Part shown: one piece after another, positions 1 to 9,887 of the stretch
Layout of the letters: every line of letters begins with the position of its first letter
Position numbering within the stretch: the stretch's first letter is position 1
The notes under the pieces: model-generated
Told to the model about the DNA's origin: nothing
The model's input: only the letters and a program-made list of their open reading frames with translations
Database searches by the model: none
Assembly (NCBI GenBank): GCA_024626585.2
Contig: JANKJI020000002.1
Span: 183,552,148-183,568,801 of the forward strand
DNA from: Ginkgo biloba
Taxonomy: Eukaryota; Plantae; Ginkgophyta
DNA length: 16,654 bases
Reading direction: 5' to 3'
Translations under genes and position numbers: made by a program

Positions 1-27
1 ATTATATCTGTGAAATACTAACCAGAC

Positions 28-1605
28 TTGCAGGACCAAGGTAGGGGCTGTTACATTTTTGTTCTTCCAACAATGCAATCTGTTGTTACAAGCCTCCAAT
101 CCAAGATCATAGTCTTGCCATCCAAGATTGTACTCCTGCAATTCAATATCCTGAGCATGGAATTGCAAAACATGGGACTGCTATCCCGCGTGGGGTGTCT
201 GCAATCTCAGAATTTGCAGACAATTTGCTCCAATTCGTAGAATTGTTCCTAGTGGAATTGTTGTGCCATGCTACCATCTTCGTTTCCAACACATATTGAG
301 AAGAACAGGAACTATTTACAGCTGCAAAGAACAACTAGCCAAGTTGAAGTTGAGTCAATCACAATTGGCAATCAATTCTACATTATTTGTTGATCAGCAT
401 AGAGGACCTACTACTGCCCATATTGAGGAATGTGTTCACAATGGACAGAACAGAATATGTTATGGGAGGAAGTATGGTGCCAAGTTTTTCCTTCTACCTT
501 AAAGGCATTGCCTTTCACTAGAGCAATGGCACAGATGAACAATTTGCCAACATGGACAGAGTTAATGGTACTTTCATGCTTTGATTCGATAAACGTTATG
601 AAACACCAGTTTCTAATTTTGTTGCTTCCTCTGGTTCGGATGTGTTGCAACATATTTAGCAGCATGAAAGTTTGTGGCATTAGCATTGATTCCAAGATTT
701 TTTAGATTCATCTGGTTCCTGCTACCCTGGCTGAGCAACAATTGAATTGGGTGACTATGCAGGACTAGTATGTGACAGAGTAGTCTTCCCTTATACATCA
801 AATTTGCGAGATTTTGTCATATCATTTGATAATCTACATGTCCAGTTTGTCATACATCAATTACATTCGCAGGTGACTGACAAACCAGTCTTGAATTGTT
901 ACCTCTGCGCTCTCAAGCCTCTTTGAATGTTCAAGATGGTACTCATCCTGCGCCTAAAACTCCACCAGCTAGTGATACTTTTGCCAATGACCTTAGCAAG
1001 TTTCCATCTGCATATGCTAAGGTTGTTTATCGCAAGCACACTATTGATTTAACACTAGTTCATTCATTGGCAGAAGATGGTAAATCTATTATTGCCTTAG
1101 AACTGAAGACTCAAACCATTAATTTGGGAACTGAGCAACATCCTTACTATGGAGGAATACTCAGACCTAGAGACAGTGACTAAGGTTCGTGCAATTTTTG
1201 AAGAATACTGCGATGTACTTACATGGAGCTATAAACACTTGAAGGTATTCCACCCAACATTGGAGTACATTGCGTTGAGCTTATTTAAGGTGTTAAACCA
1301 CTGCACCAACAACCTGATTGTGTGAATTGAAAGTTTAAGGCCCAAGTCAATTGTTGCAAGTTGATTATTTTTATGAAGTAGACATCAATGAATGGGTATG
1401 CCCAGTGGTTGTGGTGAAGAAAAAGAACAACAAAATCTGGATGTGTAGATTATCATGAATTAAAGGTCACAAAGCATGACCCATTCCCAATACCATTCAT
1501 AGAACATGTCTTAGAGAAAGCAGTTGGCTACAATGTATGCTCTTTTACGGATGGTTTCAGCGAATACAATCAAGTATTGCTTTGGAAGATCGATTAAAGA
1601 CCAAC
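28..1605 (+). mobile_element. Degenerate Ty3/Gypsy (non-chromovirus, Athila/Tat-like) gag-protease-RT 5' fragment with internal deletions
   Basis: Gag motif AHIEEC...EEVWCQVFPSTLK (~415-505). Protease remnant VLSCFDSINVM...LVRM...MKVCGI (~565-700; catalytic DSG decayed). Pre-RT INLGTEQHP...FEEYCDVLTWSYKHLK (~1117-1245). RT start EWVCPVVVVKKKNNKIWMC...DPFPIPFIEHVLEK...SFTDGFSEYNQV/IALEDRLKT (~1390-1605). Many stops and frameshifts. Confidence 0.85.
73..177 (+). repeat. Degenerate 21-bp tandem repeat encoding heptads, upstream of the gag core
   Basis: Units start at 73, 94, 115, 136 and 157 and read MQSVVTS/LQSKIIV/LPSKIVL/LQFNILS/MELQNMG; ATCCAAGAT recurs at 21-bp spacing. Confidence 0.6.
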
Positions 1606-1800
1606 AGTTGGTCTTTAATCGATCTTCCAAAGCAATACTTGATTACCAGGAAACAGGAGAGGGGATGGGAGCGAGAGCGGGAAACGACAATTTTCAAAAT
1701 NNNNNNNNNNNNNNNNNNNNNNNNNNNNNNNNNNNNNNNNNNNNNNNNNNNNNNNNNNNNNNNNNNNNNNNNNNNNNNNNNNNNNNNNNNNNNNNNNNNN

Positions 1801-1920
1801 CATCTACGAAGGATGTATTCTACTCAAGTTGTACGCAGAAAGGCCACATTGTTGACCAATGTCCTATGAGATAGGTATGTAACATTTGCTCCGACAATCA
1901 CCCTGATAATGATTGTATTG
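1801..1920 (+). mobile_element. Gag fragment with tandem zinc knuckles
   Basis: Y(C)SSCTQKGHIVDQC (1821-1862) is followed in frame, through a stop, by CNICSDNHPDNDC (1878-1916). Confidence 0.75.
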
Positions 1921-2037
1921 TTTTCAAAATATTTAGGAAGGCATTACTATAAGGGGATGAAGGAACAATACAATTATGTATGATGCAAATGTAGCGAAGG
2001 GAAGGAAGACAATATTAGTCCTATTTTATATCAATGT

Positions 2038-2150
2038 GAGCTTGCACACACACAACACTTGCACATATACAAGATTTTGTATGAGTTTAGGACTTGCACA
2101 TAACTAAGTCTTACACATGCTAGGACTTGCCTGCATTTAGGACTTGTATG
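2038..2150. repeat. Cluster of short direct repeats TAGGACTTG / CTTGCACA
   Basis: TAGGACTTG at 2088, 2121 and 2138; CTTGCACA at 2041, 2058 and 2093. Confidence 0.55.
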
Positions 2151-2619
2151 GTTGTGGCCTAACCAATGATGGTTGAAGGTGATTGCCACCTTGTGTAACT
2201 ACTTAACTAACAATGGGTGGCACCTAATGATATAATGGGCACCCTCTTGTACTAAATGTGTGTGAAGGACTACAATATGTTGTGGCTATGGTGGTCCCCA
2301 ATTAGTGTCAATGCATCCCGTGATTGGTTATATCTCCCTTATTCTAATTTCTCACGCTCTCTAAATAACAACCTGAATGATGATTTTGAGACTAACAAAC
2401 TAAAAACTACCCATATTCATCATCTTAGTCCACCCAATTAGCTTTAACTAGGAATGTAAGGACATCTGTTCTAACCATGGATGGTACAACAAATGCAATT
2501 ATTCAAGCACATATAAGACATATGGGTATTAAGAAAAATGCATAGAGATAAACATTGATGTTGTTTCAAGCCCTAAACCCTAATAGATAGACTTAGACAA
2601 CAATTTGGAAATTAAAGGA

Positions 2620-4030
2620 TATAATTGGATGTGAAAGAAGTAGAAATTGCAGTAGGATGCTATGAATCAGAACAGACTACTTAGAGGCAAATTACGGATG
2701 AATTATCCAATGCTTAAGAAATACCAAGATATTTTTACATGGACTCACCAAGATTTAAAAGGTACTAATCCCCAATTTTGTAAATATTATATCTTCTTAG
2801 AAGAAGGAGCTTCACCAATAGGATAGTTGCAAAGGAGACTTTATCCACATATGGATCAAATCATCAAGGACGAAATAAAAAAACAATTAGAGGTTGATAA
2901 GATTTATCCAATCTCCAATAGTACGTGGGCCTCTCATATAGTTGTTCCCACAAAGGATGAAAATTGGCATGCACATATAGATTATCGAGCATTAAATAAG
3001 GTAACTAGGAAAGCTCACTTCCCTTTACCTTTTGTGGACCAAGTTTTATGTAGACTTGCCAAGATGAAATATTTTTCTTTCCTAGATGGTATCCTAGGGT
3101 ATAACCAAATCCAACAAGAGCAGGATCCAAAGAAAAGCATATTCACTTGCCCTTGGGAAACAAATGCTTATAAAGTCTTACAATTCAAATTATGCAATGC
3201 ACCTGNNNNNNNNNNNNNNNNNNNNNNNNNNNNNNNNNNNNNNNNNNNNNNNNNNNNNNNNNNNNNNNNNNNNNNNNNNNNNTTCTCAACCTGTGTTGAT
3301 TCATTACAGGAGGCTTTGGATCAACTAAGAAAGATTTTGAACAATTTGGTCAACTCCCTTTCCCTTAGAGTGAGAAAACTAAGTTTTTGTTTCCTCGATA
3401 AATTGTCATAGGATATTTATTATCTAAAAGGGATAGAGTCAACCCCACAAAAATTTTAAAAATCCCAGCCTTAGTCATCCCAAAAATGCTCAAATAAGTT
3501 AGGAGTTTCTTAGGACATGTAGATAGTACAGGAGATTTATAAAAGACTTCAAAAAAATTGCAAACCCCCTTTTTGACTCATTGCCTAAATGAGCCAAGAT
3601 TAATTGGAATCCCACTTGAAAACTAAGTTGATTAAGGCCCCTATTCTAGGTGGTGCAGATTGGTCTTATCCCTTTCATATTAACACAAGTGCCTCCAATA
3701 AAGCTCTTGGGGCAGTACTATATCAACAATACCAAAAGAAGGATTGTGCAATCTTTTATGCTTGTATGACTTTCATTAGTGCAAAATACATTATACAATA
3801 ATAGAAAGAGAATTCCTAGCTGTAATTTTTTCCCTAAATAAGTTCCCCTATTATGTCTTGGGATAGCAATTTACAATACACACTAATCATGTAGCCATTA
3901 AGTATATATCAACAAACCCTTGAACAATGCTAGAGTCACATGATGGATCTTATTACTTCAGAAATTTTATCTAACTATTGTAGACAAACCAAGTACTTGG
4001 AATGCAATTGCTAACCATTTATCTTATTTG
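2620..4030 (+). mobile_element. Degenerate Ty3/Gypsy (Athila-like) reverse transcriptase and RNase H
   Basis: RT: LKKYQDIFTW...IYPISNSTWASHIVVPTK...IDYRALNKVTRKAHFPLPFVDQVLCRLAKMKYFSFLDGILGYNQI...FKLCNAP; the YxDD region falls in the N gap at 3206-3282. RNase H: LIKAPIL...PFHINTSASNKALGAVL...EREFLAVIFSLNKF...HTNHVAIKY...WILLLQKF...NAIANHLS. No integrase follows. Confidence 0.92.
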
Positions 4031-4044
4031 GTTGAAAATATAGG

Positions 4045-4300
4045 TATAATAGGAGCCGCATTAGTGCTACTAGTGGTAGTAGCACTACTTATAATGTTAC
4101 CACTAGTTGCAGTAGTTATAACTAAATGGTATAGCATGTGGGGACCAATATCTTCATGATTTATAAACTATGGGACATCTTAGTATCCATATATCTTCTT
4201 AATTACTCTAGGATTTTCTTTAGATATACCACCCCCTCACTGTCGTCATCTTTTATCAGACTTTTAGGCCACTTTCTTTTCTCTCCTTTGAATATATTAT
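4045..4300 (-). mobile_element. Gag N-terminal fragment of a CRM-type element, inverted homologue of 11580-11805
   Basis: Reverse complement TTATAAGTAGTGCTACTACCACTAGTAGCACTAATGCGGCTCCT aligns with 11762 TTATAAGCAGTGCTCAATTCACTAGTAGCACTATTATAACTCCT. The reverse complement of 4200-4297 aligns with the gag start at 11580-11680. Confidence 0.8.
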
Positions 4301-4454
4301 TTGATTGAACTATTTCCTAAGATGACTAAAATTTCCTAGCTCTCTAGTATCCTAACAAAGGTGAATTAATCAACTATTATCTTTCTTCTTGGTACTTAAA
4401 TCATATCCAAATAATTTATATCTTTTAGTGCAAACCTAGGTTTTAAGAACTTGA

Positions 4455-4467
4455 GGCTTTGATATTA
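4455..4467 (-). promoter_or_regulatory. Degenerate primer-binding site (tRNA-iMet type)
   Basis: Reverse complement ATCATATTT-TAATATCAAAGCC versus consensus TGGTATCAGAGCC (three G>A changes); same context as 11420-11441. Confidence 0.65.
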
Positions 4468-4469
4468 AA

Positions 4470-5510
4470 ATATGATTTAGAAACTAGAATTTATATGGAA
4501 AAATAAAGTCAAAGCAATTGATAATCATTATAGTAGTATATGCATAAAAGATTACTATAACGAAATAAAGATAATGAGATTCTCTGTGCAGATCTCTAAT
4601 AAGACTGAAAGTGGAATCAATGTTCATATATTTATAGATATGAATATCCCTCACAGAGGATTAATCATCAAATTACATAGAACTAATATCTCACATAAGG
4701 ATTAGTTACCATCTTACAAAATAAAAACTTAAGCTTAATATTGAAGTTGGAAGAAGAAGAAGAAGAAAGAATTTAGAGAGTCATTTTTTAGTTTATTTCC
4801 TCCTTTTTTATTAGCAACTAAGGAGTCATCATGATTATTATGAAATGATCCATTTTATATTTTTTAATTAGATCTATCATTGTAGTAGTATATGTTGAAT
4901 CAGAGTTGAGTTAGAGCTAGCTCGAATCATCTAGTCATAGGTTTAATTCCCACTGACATCTAGTCACNNNNNNNNNNATTCCCATTAGCCTTTAAATAAT
5001 CTCTTCTATTAAATGGATGGCTACCTTCAAACATACATGAATTTAAGTTTCCCTCATCTAAAATTAAGGTAGGAATAATTTAACATTGCGTCCCACCTCA
5101 TATACAAGTTATTCTCACATTTGACTAAAGGTAAGTTACCTTCATATTGGCTTTAAGGTAAATTATCTTTAATGTAGTTTGAAGGTAATTTACCATCATA
5201 GCAACTTGAGGGTAAGTTACCTTCACTTAGTCAATTTTGGGATTAAAAAATTAGTTTTTGGCAACTTTCATAAGCCAACTTTAAGAGGGCATAACTTTTG
5301 CATATAAGCTCTATTTTTTAAAAGTGAGATATCACCACAATTCAAAAGTGTCGAAATTTATAAAAAAATAGATGGGAGATAACTAACCTATTTAAAATAA
5401 TATAATTGATTAATCCTTAAATTTTTTAAAATAATTTTTAATTAATTTTTAGGTCTTTTTTATCATGGATCAATACATCAATGTAATCAAATATTTTTTA
5501 TCTAGGTAGT
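4470..5510 (-). mobile_element. 5' LTR of a CRM-type element (inverted copy; outer boundary approximate)
   Basis: Reverse complement CAAAAGTTATGCCCTCTTAAAGTTGGCTTATGAAA (5267-5301) matches 10429 CAAAAGTTATAGCCTCTAGAAGTTGGCCTATGAAA. It shares the TGAGGTGGGAC, AAGGTAAnTTACCTT and ATCCATG..GACC motifs with the plus copy and lies next to the PBS. Confidence 0.75.
5099..5225. repeat. Array of 19-bp palindromic repeats with 8-bp variable spacers (27-bp period)
   Basis: Units: 5126 TAAAGGTAAGTTACCTTCA, 5153 TTAAGGTAAATTATCTTTA, 5180 TGAAGGTAATTTACCATCA, 5207 TGAGGGTAAGTTACCTTCA, plus a decayed half unit at 5099-5117. Spacers: CATTTGAC, TATTGGCT, ATGTAGTT, TAGCAACT. Confidence 0.85.
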
Positions 5511-5857
5511 TAAAAAAACTTGATCTTAGAGGAAATTATACAGAATATTGGTTTCTTCGTGATTGAATATTTAACTCCTTATACTCTAGGTTAGTTTAAT
5601 AAGGATGANNNNNNNNNNNNNNNNNNNNNNNNNNNNNNNNNNNNNNNNNNNNNNNNNNNNNNNNNNNNNNNNNNNNNNNNNNNNNNNNNNNNNNNNNNNN
5701 NNNNNNNNATGCAGATAAACAAGTTGCCTAAGCTTAGTAGCATGCATTTCAGCACACAAAAGCTCCCATCCCTAACATCCTTTTCATGCAATTTAAATGG
5801 AAAAAACAATCTAAAATTGATCATTACAGCCATGAGGATGCTTCAGCAGCAGGGCTT

Positions 5858-6472
5858 TATATGTACTTATAGTTTTAGCATTGACTTAACCGGTGAAACC
5901 GTCAAACATAAGATGCTTTTGCATCCACCAAGACGTAACCTTCAACAAATGATCCTGCAACCACAATCCTCTTAAAAACAATAGTCTTTAACAAATGCCA
6001 AAATGGACCTTAAAGAAAGACACTCCATTCCTAGGAGCTCTGAGTCACTCTTCTAGGGTCCCCCATATCTCAAAAACTCTTACAGAAGTCAGTTCCCGGT
6101 GCCCAAGTGTGACACCTAGCTAGGAGAAGTTCTGTCTTCTTTCTTCAAGACCTAAATCAGCCTTATATTGCCTTCTTCGGCCCCCAAAGCATCAGCATAC
6201 AATCTGATTTGATTTTGAGGATCGCCAAAAAGTTGTGAAGCCAAACATTGGCCTTTAATATATATCAATTTTGGCAATCTAGCTCCTTCCACAGGCTGGT
6301 TAAACTTGGCCAGTGCCGCCCTATCTCCTGACCGCCAACCCATAGCACTTTGCCACATGGCACTGTTTTATTGGAGGTGCCAACCACAGGGCCCTTGAAT
6401 TATTCCTTAGTGCTTTGATTGGTAAATGTGGTTCCTGGCAGTGCACACAAGTAGTTGTAGGGTACACTTATA
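5858..6472. mobile_element. Probable 615-bp solo LTR with 5-bp target-site duplication
   Basis: GGCTT at 5853-5857 and 6473-6477. Imperfect terminal inverted repeats TATATGTAC ... GTACACTTATA. GC-richer than the flanks, with a decayed G-box TGCCACATGGCA (6351-6362) and a TATA-like TAATATATAT (~6256). No TE protein motif. Confidence 0.6.
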
Positions 6473-6540
6473 GGCTTTTTTACTTATTTCTCTAGAATTT
6501 ACCTTCCTTGAGGCCAATTTTTCTTGATCACTGACCTGAC

Positions 6541-6962
6541 AGTACAACAATCAAGCAGATTATCTCATACCATTGTAGATAGATACTTTTTAGGATATAG
6601 TGCCTCATTTTTCAAGATATAGCAATGGGATAAAAGTAGGCTTAAACAAGTTGCATGGTAGTTGCAGCAACTCAATACTTCAGATTCTAACAAAGCTACA
6701 GGACAGTGACTCTAATATTGATATGCAAAAGAATAGGACTTATGCATTGGACTCTAGTTGTTTGTAAATGAGAATTCAAGTACAGCAATCAACAGAGAGT
6801 TTATCTCATATGATGGTAGACACAGCCATTTTTTGGCCAACTTCTTCAGTCTTCATGATATCTGAGAAAAAGCAGGCTCAATCAACCTGTCTACAAGTTA
6901 CATGAATCTGATACTTTACATATAAATAGAATGCTGGTGCTAAAAATGTAAGATTCTAGTTG
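6541..6962. repeat. Old degenerate tandem duplication, ~238-bp unit
   Basis: 6541 AGTACAACAATCAAGCAGATTATCTCATACCATTGTAGA versus 6779 AGTACAGCAATCAACAGAGAGTTTATCTCATATGATGGTAGA. Similarity continues through AAAAG(T/C)AGGCT, ATACTT and TCTAGTTG. Confidence 0.7.
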
Positions 6963-7411
6963 CTCCTCACAAAAAAGTCAGCAATATACGTGTCTAGAAG
7001 AGGTGTAGGATATTAAATCCTAAAAAGCAATGCAGACGTCTCAGAAGCAAACAGGAGATGCATAAATAATTTTTGCTGGCCTAAGTGGTTGAGAAAAAGT
7101 CGTGGTGCAAAGTTAAATAAATTGAGTCAGAGTTCACTAAAATAAACATCCAACAAAGTATAACAGAGGTACTTGTTTTCTGTCGCAAATAAGAAAATTA
7201 GTTAAGCAAAAATTATCAATATTTGCATGAGAAATATAATTCTGTCATATAGATTTCCTGCACGTCAAGTGCATGTCATAGAATAAGTTTAATAAACTTG
7301 TCACAGATAAATTTAACTTATTATATATGTGCTATTGTGTCTTTCAGGAATAACAATGAGAGAATAGAAAAATATTAAATACATAAATTAAAAGAGAAGG
7401 AAACTCTCTTA

Positions 7412-7516
<105 letters not shown>

Positions 7517-8439
7517 CTATGTGAAATACAAATTGAATGACTTGTAATTGGCTGTTTAAAAGATATGCAGATTGACTAGAAAGGACACGTGTAAATACAA
7601 GCAGCATCTCTACAAAACAGCCTACAACAAAACTGTTCATTTTCTGAGAAGAAAAAGAATTATATTATAAATGAAAGGATAAGAACAATCATGATATCAC
7701 AATAAAATGCAAAGGAGATGAGGTTTTGAAATCCAAACTCCTAGGTTTTGGATATCTGTCACAAAAATGAAGAATACACCACAGAACACTTTGTACAAAC
7801 ACACCTGAAAAAAATAGCATAATCAAGTGGATTGACATGCCCATACATCCATTTATTGTAAGATTATTGTGAATGCAATTTACAAGTCCTCAAAGAATAA
7901 AAATAAGCTGCATTATGTGAACTGACATTNNNNNNNNNNNNNNNNNNNNNNNNNNNNNNNNNNNNNNNNNNNNNNNNNNNNNNNNNNNNNNNNNNNNNNN
8001 NNNNNNNNNNNNNNNNNNNNNNNNNNNNNNNNNNNNNCTGAATTCAAGGCTACCAAGATAAATAGCAGATCAATTGACTACAAAGTATAACAAGGCTTAC
8101 TTCTTCTTTGCTCCTACACTCTCAACAACTCAACATTCCTTCATCACTCTCGGTTGGGAAGTATAAAAAGATTACCAGAATTGACATAAAAATCAACCTC
8201 ATCATGTCTGACCTTCCTTTACTCCTTCAATGAGTTCTACAGAACATNNNNNNNNNNNNNNNNNNNAAGCAGAAACTGTCTTATAGGTCTGCTTGAAGGA
8301 CTATAAGATCTACAGGATCTAGAATTCCAAAATTGAGGTATCCTCGCTAGATTTTATGCTTTTTCCAAGAAACTTTCAGCGTTACTAAATTTCTCTTAAT
8401 GTATTCGTATTGAATATTAAATATTAATAGATATTTCAT

Positions 8440-8540
8440 ATTTTTGTTATAATTTATATATCATATCCTCATTAATGAGGGTTTAGTCGAATGGACACGC
8501 CTTTTTTATAGTATAGACTAGTGCATACCCATGGTAATTG
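8440..8540 (-). mobile_element. Possible Helitron termini in a head-to-tail junction (3' CTAG joined to 5' TC)
   Basis: The minus strand reads CCATGGGTATGCA-CTAG|TCTATACTATAAAAAAGG, with TC at 8517-8516. TCTATACTAT is a typical plant Helitron 5' end; CA(C/T)GGG...CTAG resembles a decayed 3' end. A perfect 14-bp palindrome CCTCATTAATGAGG lies at 8467-8480. Confidence 0.45.
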
Positions 8541-8569
8541 ATTGTTATGACAATAATCCAATCTTAGTT

Positions 8570-9410
8570 TCAAGAAGAAATATTATTGTCTATTACTTTA
8601 ACATCACACCAAATGTCGTTTCCCTATATGACTTCTAAAATTGCAATTATACAAAAACATAGACATAAGGAATAAATGTCAAAAAATTTAACCAAGAGAC
8701 TATGTACAAAGGAGAATTCCAGCTCTTTATTAAGGAACTTCCTCCTCAAAATTTAAAGGGAAAGATCCAAAGGACAACTCTAAAGGGAATTTCCCTAAAG
8801 TAAAAGTTCCTCTTAGTTCTAGAATTAAAAAGTTCTATTATTTTCCAAAAAAAAATAGTCATAGTAAACAAGATTGTTGGACCTACAAAAAGCAATAAAG
8901 GTTACAAGAAAAATCCTAAGTGGAAAATAAGCAAGAGGAAAAATCCAACATCATCGAACTCAACTTGGATAGATGATAGTGGATCTAAAGCTTACTCTTA
9001 TGGCTTCTTCCATCGCGAAAGAGGATTTAAAGAACTTGCATTCAAAGAGCTCAAATAAAGAATCATCTAGTCAATGAAATTTTTGATAATGGAAGCGTGA
9101 AACATCTTATTTTCACTTCTACCATAGCCACTCTATAACTTCTTATAGAGAATTACCCCTCTGCTTATACGTTGGGATGGACTTGTTCTAAAGGGTAGAA
9201 AAACAAGTGGAAAATGTTTACACAATTAAGTTTTCAATTAATTCATCCATTGATACAATACATGTGATGTCATAGATATGGATTGTTACAATATTCTCCT
9301 TGGTAGACCTTGTCATTTTGACAAGTATGTACAATTTAACACTCATGTAAACACATATCTCCTTCAGAATGATAGAAAGCTTTATCGACTTCATTCTCTT
9401 CCACCTTCGA
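8570..9410 (+). mobile_element. Degenerate CRM-type Ty3/Gypsy gag C-terminus and aspartic protease fragment
   Basis: Decayed knuckle ...KNSHSKQDCW (~8835-8880). Protease VNEIFDNGSVKHLI...YPSAYTLGW (~9070-9180) and DVIDMDCYNILLGRPCHFDK...NTYLLQNDRKLYRL (9266-9390). The 5' boundary is approximate. Confidence 0.8.
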
Positions 9411-9887
9411 AGTTGAGAGCACCATTAGCTTCAAAAATGCATGTGAATTCTTATACCTATATGAACCAATTTTTGTCTCATACTCTATCATGGGAAAACC
9501 ATGAGGAACATCAAAAGAAGGAGGAGACCATTTCATATTCCTTATAGCATTCAATGAGGGATTAGTACAACAAGGTCCAAATTCCACCTCAAAGAAAGTC
9601 ACATTCCCAAAAGAGAAAGAAGAAGAAGTCTTCAAAGGAAAAATATTCTTCATCAACTACATATTCTATATGTATTTTTCACTTGGGGAACACATATGAA
9701 GTGTCTTATACACATGGTCACAAAAGGAGGGAAAAGACATATCATAAAACTTTCATTCATGGGCATGATCCACTTGTAAATTTTACTNNNNNNNNNNNNN
9801 NNNNNNNNNNNNNNNNNNNNNNNNNNNNNNNNNNNNNNNNNNNNNNNNNNNNNNNNNNNNNNNNNNNNNNNNNNNNNNNNNNNNNNN

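Noticed and set aside
2571-2583. Telomere-like CCCTAAACCCTAA (telo-box)
   Set aside because: Fewer than two units; common in plant repeats.
4750-4767. (GAA)6 microsatellite
   Set aside because: Ordinary simple repeat inside the LTR.
5099-5225. CRISPR array
   Set aside because: The palindromic repeat-spacer look is superficial: spacers are only 8 bp, there are no cas genes, and the context is a eukaryotic LTR.
5709-5975. 88-aa ORF, and minus-strand ALLLK similar to IPMDH AAMLLK
   Set aside because: No recognisable domain; it crosses the solo-LTR boundary; no matching flanking residues or splice sites.
6152-6358. 68-aa minus-strand ORF in the GC-richer segment
   Set aside because: No motif; it lies inside the probable solo LTR.
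8101-8340. Additional IPMDH exon (donor-like GAA|GTAAGC at 8100; PVDLIV similar to GVDLMV)
   Set aside because: All three minus frames have stops close to the donor, and the similarity does not extend to RELTG.
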